Assembly: GCA_038496445.1 (NCBI GenBank)
Contig: JALMLS010000371.1
Location: forward strand, 9,456-73,455
Length of the DNA: 64,000 nt
Direction: 5' to 3'
From: Trichosphaerium sp. ATCC 40318
Lineage: Eukaryota > Protista > Tubulinea
Shown here: one piece after another, positions 48,860 through 60,900 of the stretch
Position numbering within the stretch: the stretch's first letter is position 1
Layout of the letters: every line of letters begins with the position of its first letter
The notes under the pieces: model-generated
What the model saw: the letters and a program-made list of their open reading frames with translations, nothing else
Databases searched by the model: none
Told to the model about the DNA's origin: nothing
Position numbers and translations under genes: made by a program

Positions 48860-49570
48860 ATAGAACCACCTGACATATACATCTGCTCATAAGATGAGCA
48901 CCTAAAACTGCATATCCCTGGATCAATTGGCTATACACACCTTCATCATTAGTGTGTATAGCGCAGTTAGTTAGCAAATGAACTTGTACCTCCTCATTGA
49001 ACACCTCATCTTGTGCTAGTACCTAAGTTAGCACCTATTGCACCACAACCTACCCATATGTAGTTAGCGCCAATAATAGAACCACCTGACATCTACATCT
49101 GCTCATAAGATGAGCACCTAAAACTGCATAACCCTGGATCAATTGGCTATACACACCTTCATCAATAGTGTGTATAGCGCAGTTAAGTTAGCAAATGAAC
49201 TAACTCCGACATCTTGTGTGCTAGTACCTAAAACTGCATATCCCTGGATCAATTGGCTATACACACCTTCATCATTAGTGTGTATAGCGCAGTTAGTTAG
49301 CAAATGAACTTGCACCTCCTCATTGAACTCCGACATCTTGTGTGCTAGTACCTAAAACTGCATTCCCTGGATCAATTGGCTATACACACCTTCATCAGTA
49401 GTGTGTATAGCGCAGCTAAGTTAGCAAATGAACTAACTCCGACATCTTGTGTGCTAGTACCTAAAACTGCATTCCCTGGATCAATTGGCTATACACACCT
49501 TCATCATTAGTGTGTATAGCGCAGTTAGTTAGCAAATGAACTTGTACCTCCTCATAGAACTCCTACATCT
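48860..49570. repeat. Five-copy repeat (core ~110-124 bp), each with the stem gctatacacac-11nt-gtgtgtatagc
   Basis: cctaaaactgca starts at 48901, 49117, 49227, 49351, 49460; long and short variants alternate. Confidence 0.95.
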
Positions 49571-50183
49571 TGTATTTGACCTAAACGTCAGTCAGCAGGC
49601 TGTACCTTTGTCCAAGTGCGATCCTCCCATCCTTTAAGTGCGCTACTATGGTATAAAATAAAGGTTAGTCATACATCCACAAGGGCTTCACTACATACCT
49701 TTTGTAATGCCCAACCATTTCCGTCTTGTTTTGCTAGATGAGTTAGAAGGTGTACCACTACCTAAACGTACTTGGGTTGACTGCCTTTTCCTTTAATCTG
49801 CCATTGCCATTCAGACCATCCACATCTATTACCCACCCAAGTAATAGAACTTGTCTTTCCTTTAGGTGTTACCTAGATGTGTTACACAGCGTATGAATTA
49901 CCTTTCCTCTCAAGTACTTGGCTGGTCCCTTTCCTTGTCGAGGTTGAAGTTGTAACACTTGCATGCTCATGTTGATGTACTTGGCTTGAGTGCCTTTCCG
50001 TCAATTGAGTCAATGCATCACATCTGTTCCCACCCAAGTACTAGAACTTGTCTTTCCTTTAGGTGTTCCCTAGATGTGTCATACAGTTGCTTGAATTACT
50101 TAGTTGGAATCATTGATTCCCTTCATCCACCCAGGCATGTTACATTTGTACATGCTTAGGACTGTAATGATGTGTTACAATAT

Positions 50184-50879
50184 CTCGATTAGTATTTCTA
50201 CACCTCCTTGATGGGAAGTGTTATAATACTAGAAGAGATAATAACTTTCATACACAGGTAGTTTAGTTGTTGCCCACTGAGGACTTCAATACATACCTTG
50301 TGTAAATGCTTACCTGGCTTAGCACCCGATTAGCATTTCTACACCTCCTTGAAGAAGTGTTATAATGCTAGAAGAAGTGATGCAAGTTAGCGCCACGCTG
50401 TGTATTAGCTCTAGAACTCGATTAACATTTCTACACCTGCTGTAGGTGTTATAATGTTAGAAGAGAACAAAGGTCAGTTATACGTTCATATGGTTTGTTG
50501 TAGCCCATTAAGGACTTTAACACATACCTTGTGTAATGTTAACCATGTGACTTGCACATTGGTGTAACATTGCTCAGAACTCGATTAGCATTTCTACACT
50601 TTTCCTTTTTTGGATGTGTGTTATAATGCTAGAAGAGAACAAGAGCATTGGTGCTTTCAAATGTTGCCTACTAAGGGCATCACTCTTGACACATTGGAGT
50701 CTTTCCTCCCATAAGTACTTGGACAAGTGCCGTTCCTTGTGGGTAAAAGTTGTAGCACCCCTACATCATAAAAGATGTTGAGGCAACTGATGACATGTAC
50801 TTGTTAGGGTACTATGTCTGTAACCCAGAACTCGATTAACATTTCTACACCTGCGGTGGGTGTTATAATGATAGAAGAG
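50184..50879 (+). ncRNA. Array of five conserved stem-loops (CTCGAT-TAGCATT-TCT-ACAC-loop-GTGT-TAT-AATGCTA-GAAGAG); candidate structured RNA or ssDNA element
   Basis: Copies at 50184, 50325, 50417, 50580, 50831 with compensatory stem substitutions; transcription not shown. Confidence 0.45.
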
Positions 50880-51866
50880 AACAGTTACAACACAACCAAA
50901 TATTTGGTTGTGGTAAAGTGTGTAGAGTACAGTGTGCTCATCCCCACCAAGGTACTTAAGACATGTCTTGTTCCCAAGGAGGCTAAATGCATTGAATGTA
51001 GTCTCTGCAGGTTGATGGTCCTGCAACGTCAAATATGAACCATTTATTCACCATACTGCAGTATGCAGCTGTGGTGTACAGAACAGAAGTATTTGACAAT
51101 GCATGATGTAGTTACATCATCACATCTTTCAAGCTGCAGATCGATTAACACTGCCTATGCTATGTTTTTTACGCATTTTTCATAGGGGTTACGTGATAGA
51201 AGACCTGACAAGGGGTAAGAGAAGCGACTTCTAGGGCACATCACACAAAAATTCTTTGTACCTGCCTTTTTTGGCAGAATTTTAGTTTTTTTGGATTGGT
51301 GCCTCAAAGTACTTTCTTCTTTTATGCTATATTAGGCTACACGGTTGTAAGACTGGAGGTCTATAGCGAAAATATTCAGTTTTCAAGGCACCTAGAACAC
51401 TGTTGTAACAATCGTAGCTATCTACATACCCGTTGTGTACTGAGGTTGTCGGTTTGAAAAAAAAACCTCCAACACGATTATTGGTTTGTTGTTTCTGTGC
51501 TTTGGGCTGCTTTTTCGTTGTTGAAAGTGCACGAATAACTACTCGTTGGACCTAATACGCTCTTGAAAGACCCGTCACAGTATTTTATTGCGTCCACGCG
51601 TATTGAATATAAATAGAAATAGTATCAAAAATCCAACCGTTTTTTTTTACCAAAACTGCCTTTATTTATCTGTATCGCGTTTATAACCGCTAAGGCGTTG
51701 TTTTCCGAGACCTATTCGGCGTTTTCAGCGTTCCCCTCCACGACGAATTTCCATGACCTTCGAAAGAAAAAAAAATCCACAGATCCAATCTCGTTTCTTT
51801 TTTTGGAAATGGTTTTTTTATTGTTTAAACACAAACAAGCTGGCTAAAGTTGAGAGAATCTTGGGT

Positions 51867-54800
51867 TTAGTGAGGCTCAGAATGAGCAGCATTTAGTTGC
51901 TTTGCAAACGATTTTCCTCTGTATCCTCTTATAATGGTCCTACCATTCGCATTTCCACCGGTGTATCTGTACTGTATACCTGTTCCGTCCTTGTTTAACA
52001 GAACATAACGAACTCCATCTCCTGTAGGTATCTTCTCCCCAAAGCGCTTATTCTGGTATCCATTCTCAAGAATAGTAGTAGATTTCGCTGCATAAGGTTG
52101 GTAAGAACCGTTATCTTCAAGCCAAAACCATGAACCACGTGCTACGACAAAAAATAAGCAAAAGACTTCAAAAACCATTTCCTCGTTTTTTAAATAGAAA
52201 GTGTTTTTTACCTATTTGTCTTGTGAACCCTGTACTCTTCCTCTGTTGTGTCATTGTCTTTAAATTTGCAGTATAACGTCCTCCAACAACCTATGTGAGA
52301 TTATTAAGAAGAAATTATACTTACAAAACGTACAGTGATAACTACTTTGCCTTCTTTGTATCCATCTTCCAACTAAGAAAAAATCAGTTACGACGAAAAA
52401 AAAGTTAACGAAGTTGTACCGCTTTGTTGTCAGCTGGTCCATACTCATTCCATTGGGAGTCATCCTTGTAGAACCAATGAGGTTCAGGAACGTTAATACC
52501 TCCTTGAGAAGCGGAACCTTCTTCTTCATCATCGTATTCCTCAGCGTTAAGGAACTCAATTTTAAAAGCTATTCTGTCCTTATGGATAGCATAACGATTG
52601 ACGTGCTGCATAATGAGCGCTTCGTAGCTACCAGTAGCAGCAAAGTACTGTAACGCAAGAGTAGAATCCAAAGGATCGTCAACGTCTGGGTTAAGAAGCA
52701 ATCCATAAACACAATTCAACACGGTAGTCATAGCAGTGTCGGCTGTCCAATTTCTATGAAAAAAAGTTAGATAAAAAAACGAGCGAATTTGCTTACCTTG
52801 TGAAAATAGAGTGACATATTTTACCTAAAAGTAGGAGGTTAGAGTAATCGCTCGTGTATATATTATCGCACCGTATTGGTTGACGTTACAATGACGTATT
52901 GGTGTAATGAACCTCATTTCAGGAGCAGACATTGGGTAGTCTTCAGGGAACTGACAGTACAACAAGTACGTTCCATTCTTATATGGTGATGCCTCTGGCG
53001 CTTCCATAATAACTCTCCAGAAACCAATATCCTCTTGACAAGGATATATATCGAAAGCAGGATGCTTCGCTAAAACAACACGTCAAAACATGATCCAAAA
53101 ACTGCAAAGCAAAAAAAAAAAAAAAGTGTTTTCTTGTTCTTACCTTTCATGAGTTTTGTCAACTCCTTCATTAATCGACGAATACGATTAGTCTCTACTG
53201 GCGCATCTTTCTCGGAAGCATTCTTTAAAGTAGTCTCAAGAGTTTGAACTGGTTTTTTCAAGTTCGTAGGTTGCTTCCTTGCAGGAACACGTGTGTCACT
53301 GCACTCATCGAGAGGGAATCTCCAGTTATTTCCGAATTTTAGTAAATCTCCTCTATTAGATACAAAATTCTTGATTGCCTCCTAAATAACAAGTGTAAGG
53401 CTTTCAGAAAAGGCAGTAAAATGAAAAAATTACCTGATCTGGTCTCTCATATGAAGTCAATAGAGTTTCAAGCTCATTCAACCTAAGAGCTTGTTTTAAG
53501 TTCTCAGGAGCAAAAGCGTAACCGTTACTCGCTTTAGCTATTGCACGCAACTATAAAATTCTGTAAGCTCTTTTATTTTGAAGTGGAAGGCAAACTGAAA
53601 TGTGGAGAAAAAAAAGTCAAAACAATTTGCGTACCTTGACGTTTTTAGCGCCTTCACCAATCATAATCGCATCCAAAGTAATACGGTTGACCTAAGCAAT
53701 AGCATGTCAATCAAGAAATTTACAGCTAAAAGTGTACCTGTAAGTATTGCGCAACCTTCCATGGAATAGATGAAGACTTTGTGTCTTCACCATCAGTAAG
53801 ACACATAACACGTAACCTAGCGTTCTTGTGCTTTTTCTTATATGCAACAAGCTCTTCTCCAGCTTTTTGAATAGCATCCCAAAGCTTGGTTTCACCCTCA
53901 GCATCAGCGGAATCAACTTGATCTCTGAATATTTCGTATCTATTCGGCGAAGGAAAAAAGTCAACAAACATCTTTTGCGATGTAATTTGGTTGGGAAAAA
54001 AAAAAGTGTAATTGCACGTACAGAGGTGTTAATTTACACGAGTAATCAACATCATTTCCAAAAAGAATTAATCCAATATGATTAGGGTAATCATAAGCTT
54101 GAGACCTGTTGATGAAGGCATGGAACAGTTGTTTTACAGTCTCCATACGTGTCAAGCGCGCCTCGTTCCTAAAAAATTAAATCAGCCCGCAAACCAGACA
54201 ACCTGTTGTCTAGTACTCATCGTGTGGTGCTTTCATCTCAATTACACCACCAAGAGGGTATCTACTGATTTTTTGGTTGTCATGGAAGAGAGTACCAGTG
54301 TACCATCCATCTCCAATTTTTCTAAGTAAGGGTAAGTTCAAGTGCATGTAGGCACTGTGTACCTCATATTGGTCCATAGTGAAAACGATTTTGGTTGGAT
54401 GAGACCGAGTTTGTGCCAAATTAGTAACTTCAATTCGTATGTCTTAAAAACAACTAGAGTTAGCTTAACAACCACACTAAGTCACGTACGGTTAAGCTTG
54501 TTGATACTGTGACATCAAACATTGTACCATGCATGCTCTTAATCTTGAGTTTCTTTTTGGATTGGCTGAAGCCACCAAAGCTCATGAGATGGTGAATGGT
54601 TGCGTTCCTTGAGATATTATAATCCGTCAATACATTTTCGTCAATCATTTGACGACCAGCGTATATTAAACGCATAGGCATATTAGGCATTGAGCTCATT
54701 TTTTTGTTTACCAAAGATTTCAGCTACGCGTTCTTTAGTATTTCTCATTTATTTTGAGATTGGCTACGTACCTGTGCAACTGTCCAACTCAAATCTACTT

Positions 54801-57732
54801 CAACAGTTATTGTTTTACCTGTTAGGGTTCTTATGAAGATTTGAATAGGATTTTCTGGTACAAGATCTTCTCCAGCGTCTTCTTGTTCTTCCTCTTCATC
54901 TACAAAACGAATAAGCTACACGTTATTTGTGACGTGATGATACTTACCATCTTCTTGAAGGAATTTAATAGTTTTGGTTGGATCTTCTTTAATTATCTCT
55001 AACACACGCGTTCTATATGTTTTAACCAAGTGTGCAAGGAAAACAGAGCGAGAAGCGATTTCGCTTAATATTTTGCTAGAACTCCACTAATACGAACGTA
55101 AGCAACCCTATCACAATGTAACAAAGGGTAACGTACTTGGCGTTTAGCTATTATTCTCCAATGGTCAATGTATTCATGGCTTCTAAGACGAGCAATCTCA
55201 GTCTCGATCTCATCCTTAGCAAACGTTATACCAGAATCAACTTCATCTTGATCCCAAGCTTTTCCGTTCATTGAAGAGCTGATATCAAGGCACACAAGAA
55301 TAGCTTCCTTTACTTCACGGTCATCAATAAATTCCATATCATCAACATTAGAGTTCGTTAGCTTCTAAAGAAACCAGCTTAACAAGATTCAAAAAAAACT
55401 AGCGATATCATACCTTGGCGATCATATTAGCATTTGCGCCAGTGCTGTCTCCAGTCTCAGGATCGAAAAGAAGGATTGTACCAACACTGCACGGCTCAGG
55501 GCCAGTGTAGACCTGAAAAAAACTGTTAATGTAAAAAGCTCGAGACCTGTCTACTCACGTTCACATAGCCTTCCTTGTTTCGTGACAAACAAGGTGGCCT
55601 CGCACGTTTAAGTGATAGAGGAGGTATTATACGCATGGTTGTGACCTCTTTGTTTACACGACGCTGTAATTTTCCCCAATCGTACTGAAGACCGGTAGGA
55701 ATGTCTTCGTCCATGTCATCTTTATCATCGCCCTCTTTTTCCTCTGAATTAAAGCATAAGTCAGGTTATGATTCAGTTAATCAAAAAACAGATTCCATAC
55801 CAACTTCAGGAGGAGATAAAACAAAAATATCATCGCCAAGAGGATGGCATAGTAGTAATGTGCAGTAGTATGTGTCAGGAATAAGATCTTCTTTCGCGAG
55901 TTTGGAATAAGGAGACCTGAAAAAAATCGTCAGAAAAAAAAAGGGTATCGAAAAAAAATTACTAACCCGCTTATGAACATGCTACCACCTTCCATACGTT
56001 CTAGTAAACTTGGTCTATTGTACAACTTGTTTTTAGTTGATTCCTTAATTCGGACAGGATCTGTCATTCTGGCGTAGGTTATGCTATCAGCAAGAGACAC
56101 TAGTACCCAAATTTCAGCAAGGAAAAAAATTATACTCCACTTTTACCTTGCGTAAATTTACTGCATCTCTTCTTGTCATTTGACTCAGCGTAAGTGTCAA
56201 AGAAACCCCAAAGTGTAGCACTTCTTTCAAAGAGTTTTTCATCAGAAACTAAATGCGAGTGTAAGTAGAAACATAAAAAAGAGAAAGGAAGGAACTAACA
56301 AATAGGAACTAGAATTGAAAATAGAGTAAAAAACAAAAATAGAAACGAAGCCACGTGCTCTTGGATGGAACTAATTTTCTTGCAAAATTATAAAAAGCAG
56401 AAGCAAGGGCAGCCTTTTGCTCAGCGTATAGCTTTTTCTTTTGGATGAGATACCTAGGAAATAGACGTTAAAACAAACGGAAAAAGTAGCAACTTTTTTT
56501 TTTTATATTCACTTACTTTAAGGCAAGGATGGCTGGAGGGAACTGAATTCTCCTAGCAAAGTGGCCCAAAAACGATTTTGCACCATCAAGATGAGCTGTA
56601 AGTACATAGAGAGAAGATAGGAAACAAATCATTCCAGATTTTGATTGCTCAACAAGAGCTGGTTGCCAAGCTACATCAGCTTGGAATCTATGACCTTGAG
56701 GAGTTTGTACATGTCTGAAATTATCCGCGCTCTCGCCAGTGTATCTAAAACGAAGTATAAGCCCAAAACAAGTAAGCTTGTGGTCTTTTTACCGTACCTT
56801 CGGAAAGATACAAAAAGTATACTTGGGTCATCCCAAGGAGCAGCTGGGTTTAATTCTTCCTTGCTTTGAAGCAAACGCGCAAATCCGAACTGACCCAAAG
56901 TCATCTGTTCAGTTTTATCGGTTACAAGTATAGGATGTGCAGCGAGGTGCAAGTCAACAACTAAATCAGTTCCCTTTCGTAAAAAAGTGAGTACAAAAAA
57001 AGACTACTGTTCGCGTGTACTTCGAATCTAGCCTGTTCAGCTGTTTGGATTGCATCTTTCAGAGCTCGTAGTGTATGGCCCAAGGTTACAGTTATCTCTT
57101 GGACAGTCTCATGGTATGAACAACGATATTTGATGGTAATGGGTTCGTTGGATGGCTGGGAAGCAAGAATTTGCAATTCTGTGAAAAGGTTAATGATAAA
57201 TTGCTCCAATGGTGATGTTGTAATGTTGTTTGTACCTGGTTCTAGTTCGGGCGCGTTTGGGTCAACTTCACATGAGGTCTGTTCCTCTTTTTTAGGCTCT
57301 GCGGTTGCGCCTGGTGTGATTAGTTTCCGTTTTGACGTAACAGAAATGTAAGTTGGTTTGTTTTATTTGTACCTTCGTCGAAAACTGCTACAACCTCGTC
57401 AGCCTCCATAATAGCGTCTTCCAAGATATCTTCGTTGAAAAGAAAGGCGTCATCAGCTTTTAACTTCAGTTCTGTAATTTTCACGTTTAATCCGGCGTCT
57501 GTAGCAAGTCTACGCGCCACGTAAACGGTTGAGTTCAAAGAAATTTTTGCTTTTTTTTTGGTTACTGACAGCGTTCACGTACTTTTGAATGGAGGTCTCC
57601 AAATCTCCAATGGTTGACTCAGGAGACAAATCACACGAAAATTTTGACGACCCAACCTAGAAAAGTTACAAACTTGTATTTACACGCGTATTTCAATACC
57701 TCGACTGTGTAAGTAGTTGTTGTGTTGGCCAT
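51867..57732 (-). CDS. Giant Ubl / vWA (split by Ubl insert) / E2 UBC / WWE-WWE protein, multi-exon
   Basis: IQIFIRTLTGKTITVEV...RLIYAGRQM (Ubl); VCLDISSSM and CLTDGED (vWA MIDAS); SPYKNGTY...FPEDYPMSAPEMRFITPIRHCNVN...KICHSIF (UBC); WFYKDDSQWNEY and WFWLEDNGSYQPY (WWE). Confidence 0.88.
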
Positions 57733-57902
57733 GGTATTCTGCGTGCCGTTTAGACAGATTTACGCTTGGAAACCAACTTAAACATAGCTCTTAAGGCATT
57801 AACGCACGTAAACAATGAACAGCTATTTGCTAGAGCGACCACAAGAAGGTTGAATTCAATTGTACGTCAAATCGCGCAACATAAACAAAACCAGCCTGTC
57901 AA
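57733..57902. promoter_or_regulatory. Putative bidirectional promoter (~170 bp between divergent ATGs)
   Basis: ATG at 57732 (-) and 57903 (+), each followed by a short exon and a GT donor; promoter function inferred. Confidence 0.55.
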
Positions 57903-60900
57903 ATGACAGAAGCTTCTAACGGTACGCTTGTTAACAATACCACCGCCTATAACGTTCAAACGGCACGTTAAATGAGTTGGTGTCGGCCAAACTACAAATG
58001 GCGTTTCGACGAGAATCATATCCTATCTAGAGACTTACCACAGCACTTTAGGTGACCCGTTGGAGTACAAGATTGTTTGCGTAGGCCAAACATTTTTAAA
58101 AACGTCATTGGTCAGCTCTTTCGTAACGGAGACGCAACAAGTACAGGTCAGCCGCGTCGTTTCGTTTCAAAACAAAAATATTATTTCGGCGCTTTTTTTC
58201 AAAAAAACTAACTTGACGAGCAGTATGACCCTATAATAGAAGAAAACTATACCAAATCTATAAAAGTAGATGATAAACTTTGTAATTTGATAATAACGGA
58301 CACAGCCGAACAGGTATGAACCAAGTTTTTTAGTGTAAAACAAGAAAAGTTATTTTTGGAACAACCCTTTTTTTCTTTTTTTATGTTCAGCTAATTCTGA
58401 CTTTTCTTTCATTTCAGGATGAATTCTCGTACGTCTGAGTATCTTTTATATCTTTAATATGAAAGATTATGATATATTTCTTACTCACAGCGAAAGGTCA
58501 ATGCGAGAAATGTGGTTTAAGAACGGTGAAGGTTTTATTTTTTTCTACAATGTGAGGTCAAGGACAAGCCTTGAAGGACTTAAGTTTCAGTTGAACATGA
58601 TGTTTAATTGTAAAGACAGTAGGGATATACCAGTTGTACGTTATAACGCTTACGTGACCTACAAGTGTTTTTATTTCTCTTGAACAACACGCCGTAAAAA
58701 CCCGATATTTTATTAATTTAATTAGACTCTTTCGTTGATTTTTACGTAGGTCATTGTCGGTTGCTGTTACTCTCGTAGTGAAGTAGGCGACAGAGAAGTA
58801 TCAAAGCAAGAAGGTAAAGCATTTGCTGCAGGTGTTTGCGATAGAGGTATTCCGTATTTTGAGGCTGACGGCGACACTTGGGTACTTTTTTCTTTCGAAT
58901 ATTATTCATTTTGTTCACTTCTTTTGATCTTTAGACTAATGTGGAAGAACCTTTCGAGGCTATTGTCAAACAAATAAACTCTATAAGAAGTCAACCAACG
59001 ATAAAGAAGATAGAGAACCCAAAACTACGGTTAAAGATATCAAAGAGAAATCTTCTGAGGATGGAAATCACAGACAAAGCTCAGAAACAAGGGCTGAAGC
59101 GTCTTCCAAAACCACTGATTCCTTACGAAAACAGCGTGGCTCATCGTATTTTGAAGCACTTGCGAGGACGTACGTGTGACCTTCCAAAATATCGTTGCGA
59201 ACTGACAATTGTTTTCTGTAGCGTTGGCGGAAGAAACGTCGTTGCCGCCAAAGGTCAACGAAAAGATAATGACAGATGCTATGGCTCAGGTGTTTGTATT
59301 CACAGACAAGCCTACCAAGATTGCTGACCTGTGTTATCATGCTGAGAGCGAGTTCAAGAGCCTTAGGTTTCCATTCGGAAACAATAACAATCGGCCTCAG
59401 AGTCATGTTCGTGTTATAAATTTGAACTCTGGAACAGCAAAGTTTCAATATTCTAAAGCTGATGTTGTCATTCTTCATATATCATCTGTAGAGTATCAGT
59501 GGGTATATGGTTATGTACAACATACGTTTTCATCGTCCTCTCCAATATTTATTATGCTACGGGAACCTAATAGCAAGATTCCTATTTTACAAGGTAAGCC
59601 AAAAGATATTTTTCAGTTCTGAAGCCCATTCTTTATTTAGAGATATCTATGGCGCGTTGGTTGTCTGGCCATATTATCGATTGGCCTAATAAGTCAATAA
59701 AGTCTGTGAGAACTCAGATAATAGGCGTTATTCTGTATGAATCCAATTTGAAGCACGAGGCAGACTTCCTTGATTATTACAGAAATTGGGTTGAATCTAA
59801 ACCGAAATTATATCCTCCATTGACTACAACAAGGCATCATACGCTCAAATTACTTGGTACTACACTTCTAGATGTTTTTTTTTAAGTCTACAGTGATAAA
59901 TGGCTGACATGAATCATTTTAGTTCTTGGTCATGGCGGTTGCGGTAAAACCTCACTCATCAACTTTTTGAAAAAAAAAAAGAATACAATTACACAGTCTA
60001 CTATTGGTTTTGATAGTAGTTTTCTAAGGTAAACGTTGTTTTGACTTTTTGATGAACTAAATCTGTTCTTTGCCTGTCTGCATGTTCGGTTAGATTAATG
60101 GTTTGTTGTAGCATACGATCCAATAAATTCACTGTTTATGACTTTGCTGGACAGCTTGAGTATTTATCTGTCCATAAGCACTTTATATCCGCAGAGTACT
60201 CAATCTACATCATAGTGGTACGCATAGAAACTCTAGCATCTATTGTCACGTGCTTGATCAAGAGTGGATCGCATTTTTATCCAAAATCTGTTTTGTTCAT
60301 CATTTTCTCTCTTCGCCAACTCATGGTATTCTTAGTTCGATTCATCACAACAATTTGAGGTTGCTATGAAACAAATTAAGCATTGGCTTGCTTTACTACG
60401 TGGTAAACTACCTAGCACAACACTCAATGCTATTTTTTTTGTTGGAACAAAGATAGACGAAGTCAATAATCGTAATACAATCGATACCCTCCGCACTGAT
60501 CTAAAAGCATTCTTGAGTCAGGAAACAGAATTTACAAACCATACAATTTCGTTCGTCTCTTCAATAACTGGTACTGCGCTTCACCTTTTGGTAACGTCCT
60601 TGATTAACATGCTGTAGGTGAGGGAGTTACACAAATGAAGGGACACATAGCTGAAGTGTATAAAAGTATGAAGCCATTTCCGAAGGTATGTAAAAATGTT
60701 ATTTTTTTGGAATGGAAAAAACTGAAAATCACTCACTCCTCAACTAGGTTGCAAATTTATGTCAAGTCATTGCAGATACTGCTTCACAAGGAAATCATTG
60801 TAGAGTATTTACGAGTGTGTACGTGTTTGGCAAGACCGGTTGTAGTTCGCCTCAGCGTCTTGTTGTTTTGATTGCTTTTCTAAGTTCTCTTTTTAGCTCC

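Larger units (their letters stand above)
48240..51150. repeat. Non-coding, CpG-poor, hairpin-rich composite repeat region
   Basis: Several internal repeat families; no credible protein. Confidence 0.8.

Noticed and set aside
48741-49336. Duplicated minus-strand ORFs (FNEEVQVHLL...)
   Set aside because: By-products of the tandem repeat; unit lengths do not preserve frame
48901-49570. Hammerhead ribozyme or C/D snoRNA (CTGATGA/ATGATGA on the minus strand)
   Set aside because: The motif sits in an apical loop, CTGATGA occurs in one copy only, and there is no correctly placed GAAA core or box D
50184-50879. CRISPR array (ATTTCTAC resembles a Cas12a repeat)
   Set aside because: Spacing is irregular, spacers resemble each other, the stem does not close with GTAGAT, there are no cas genes and the context is eukaryotic
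57972-58030. ATGs at 57972 and 57998 as the start of the Roco-ART gene
   Set aside because: Both frames stop before the Ras-like domain; ATG 57903 plus a phase-1 intron gives the correct frame
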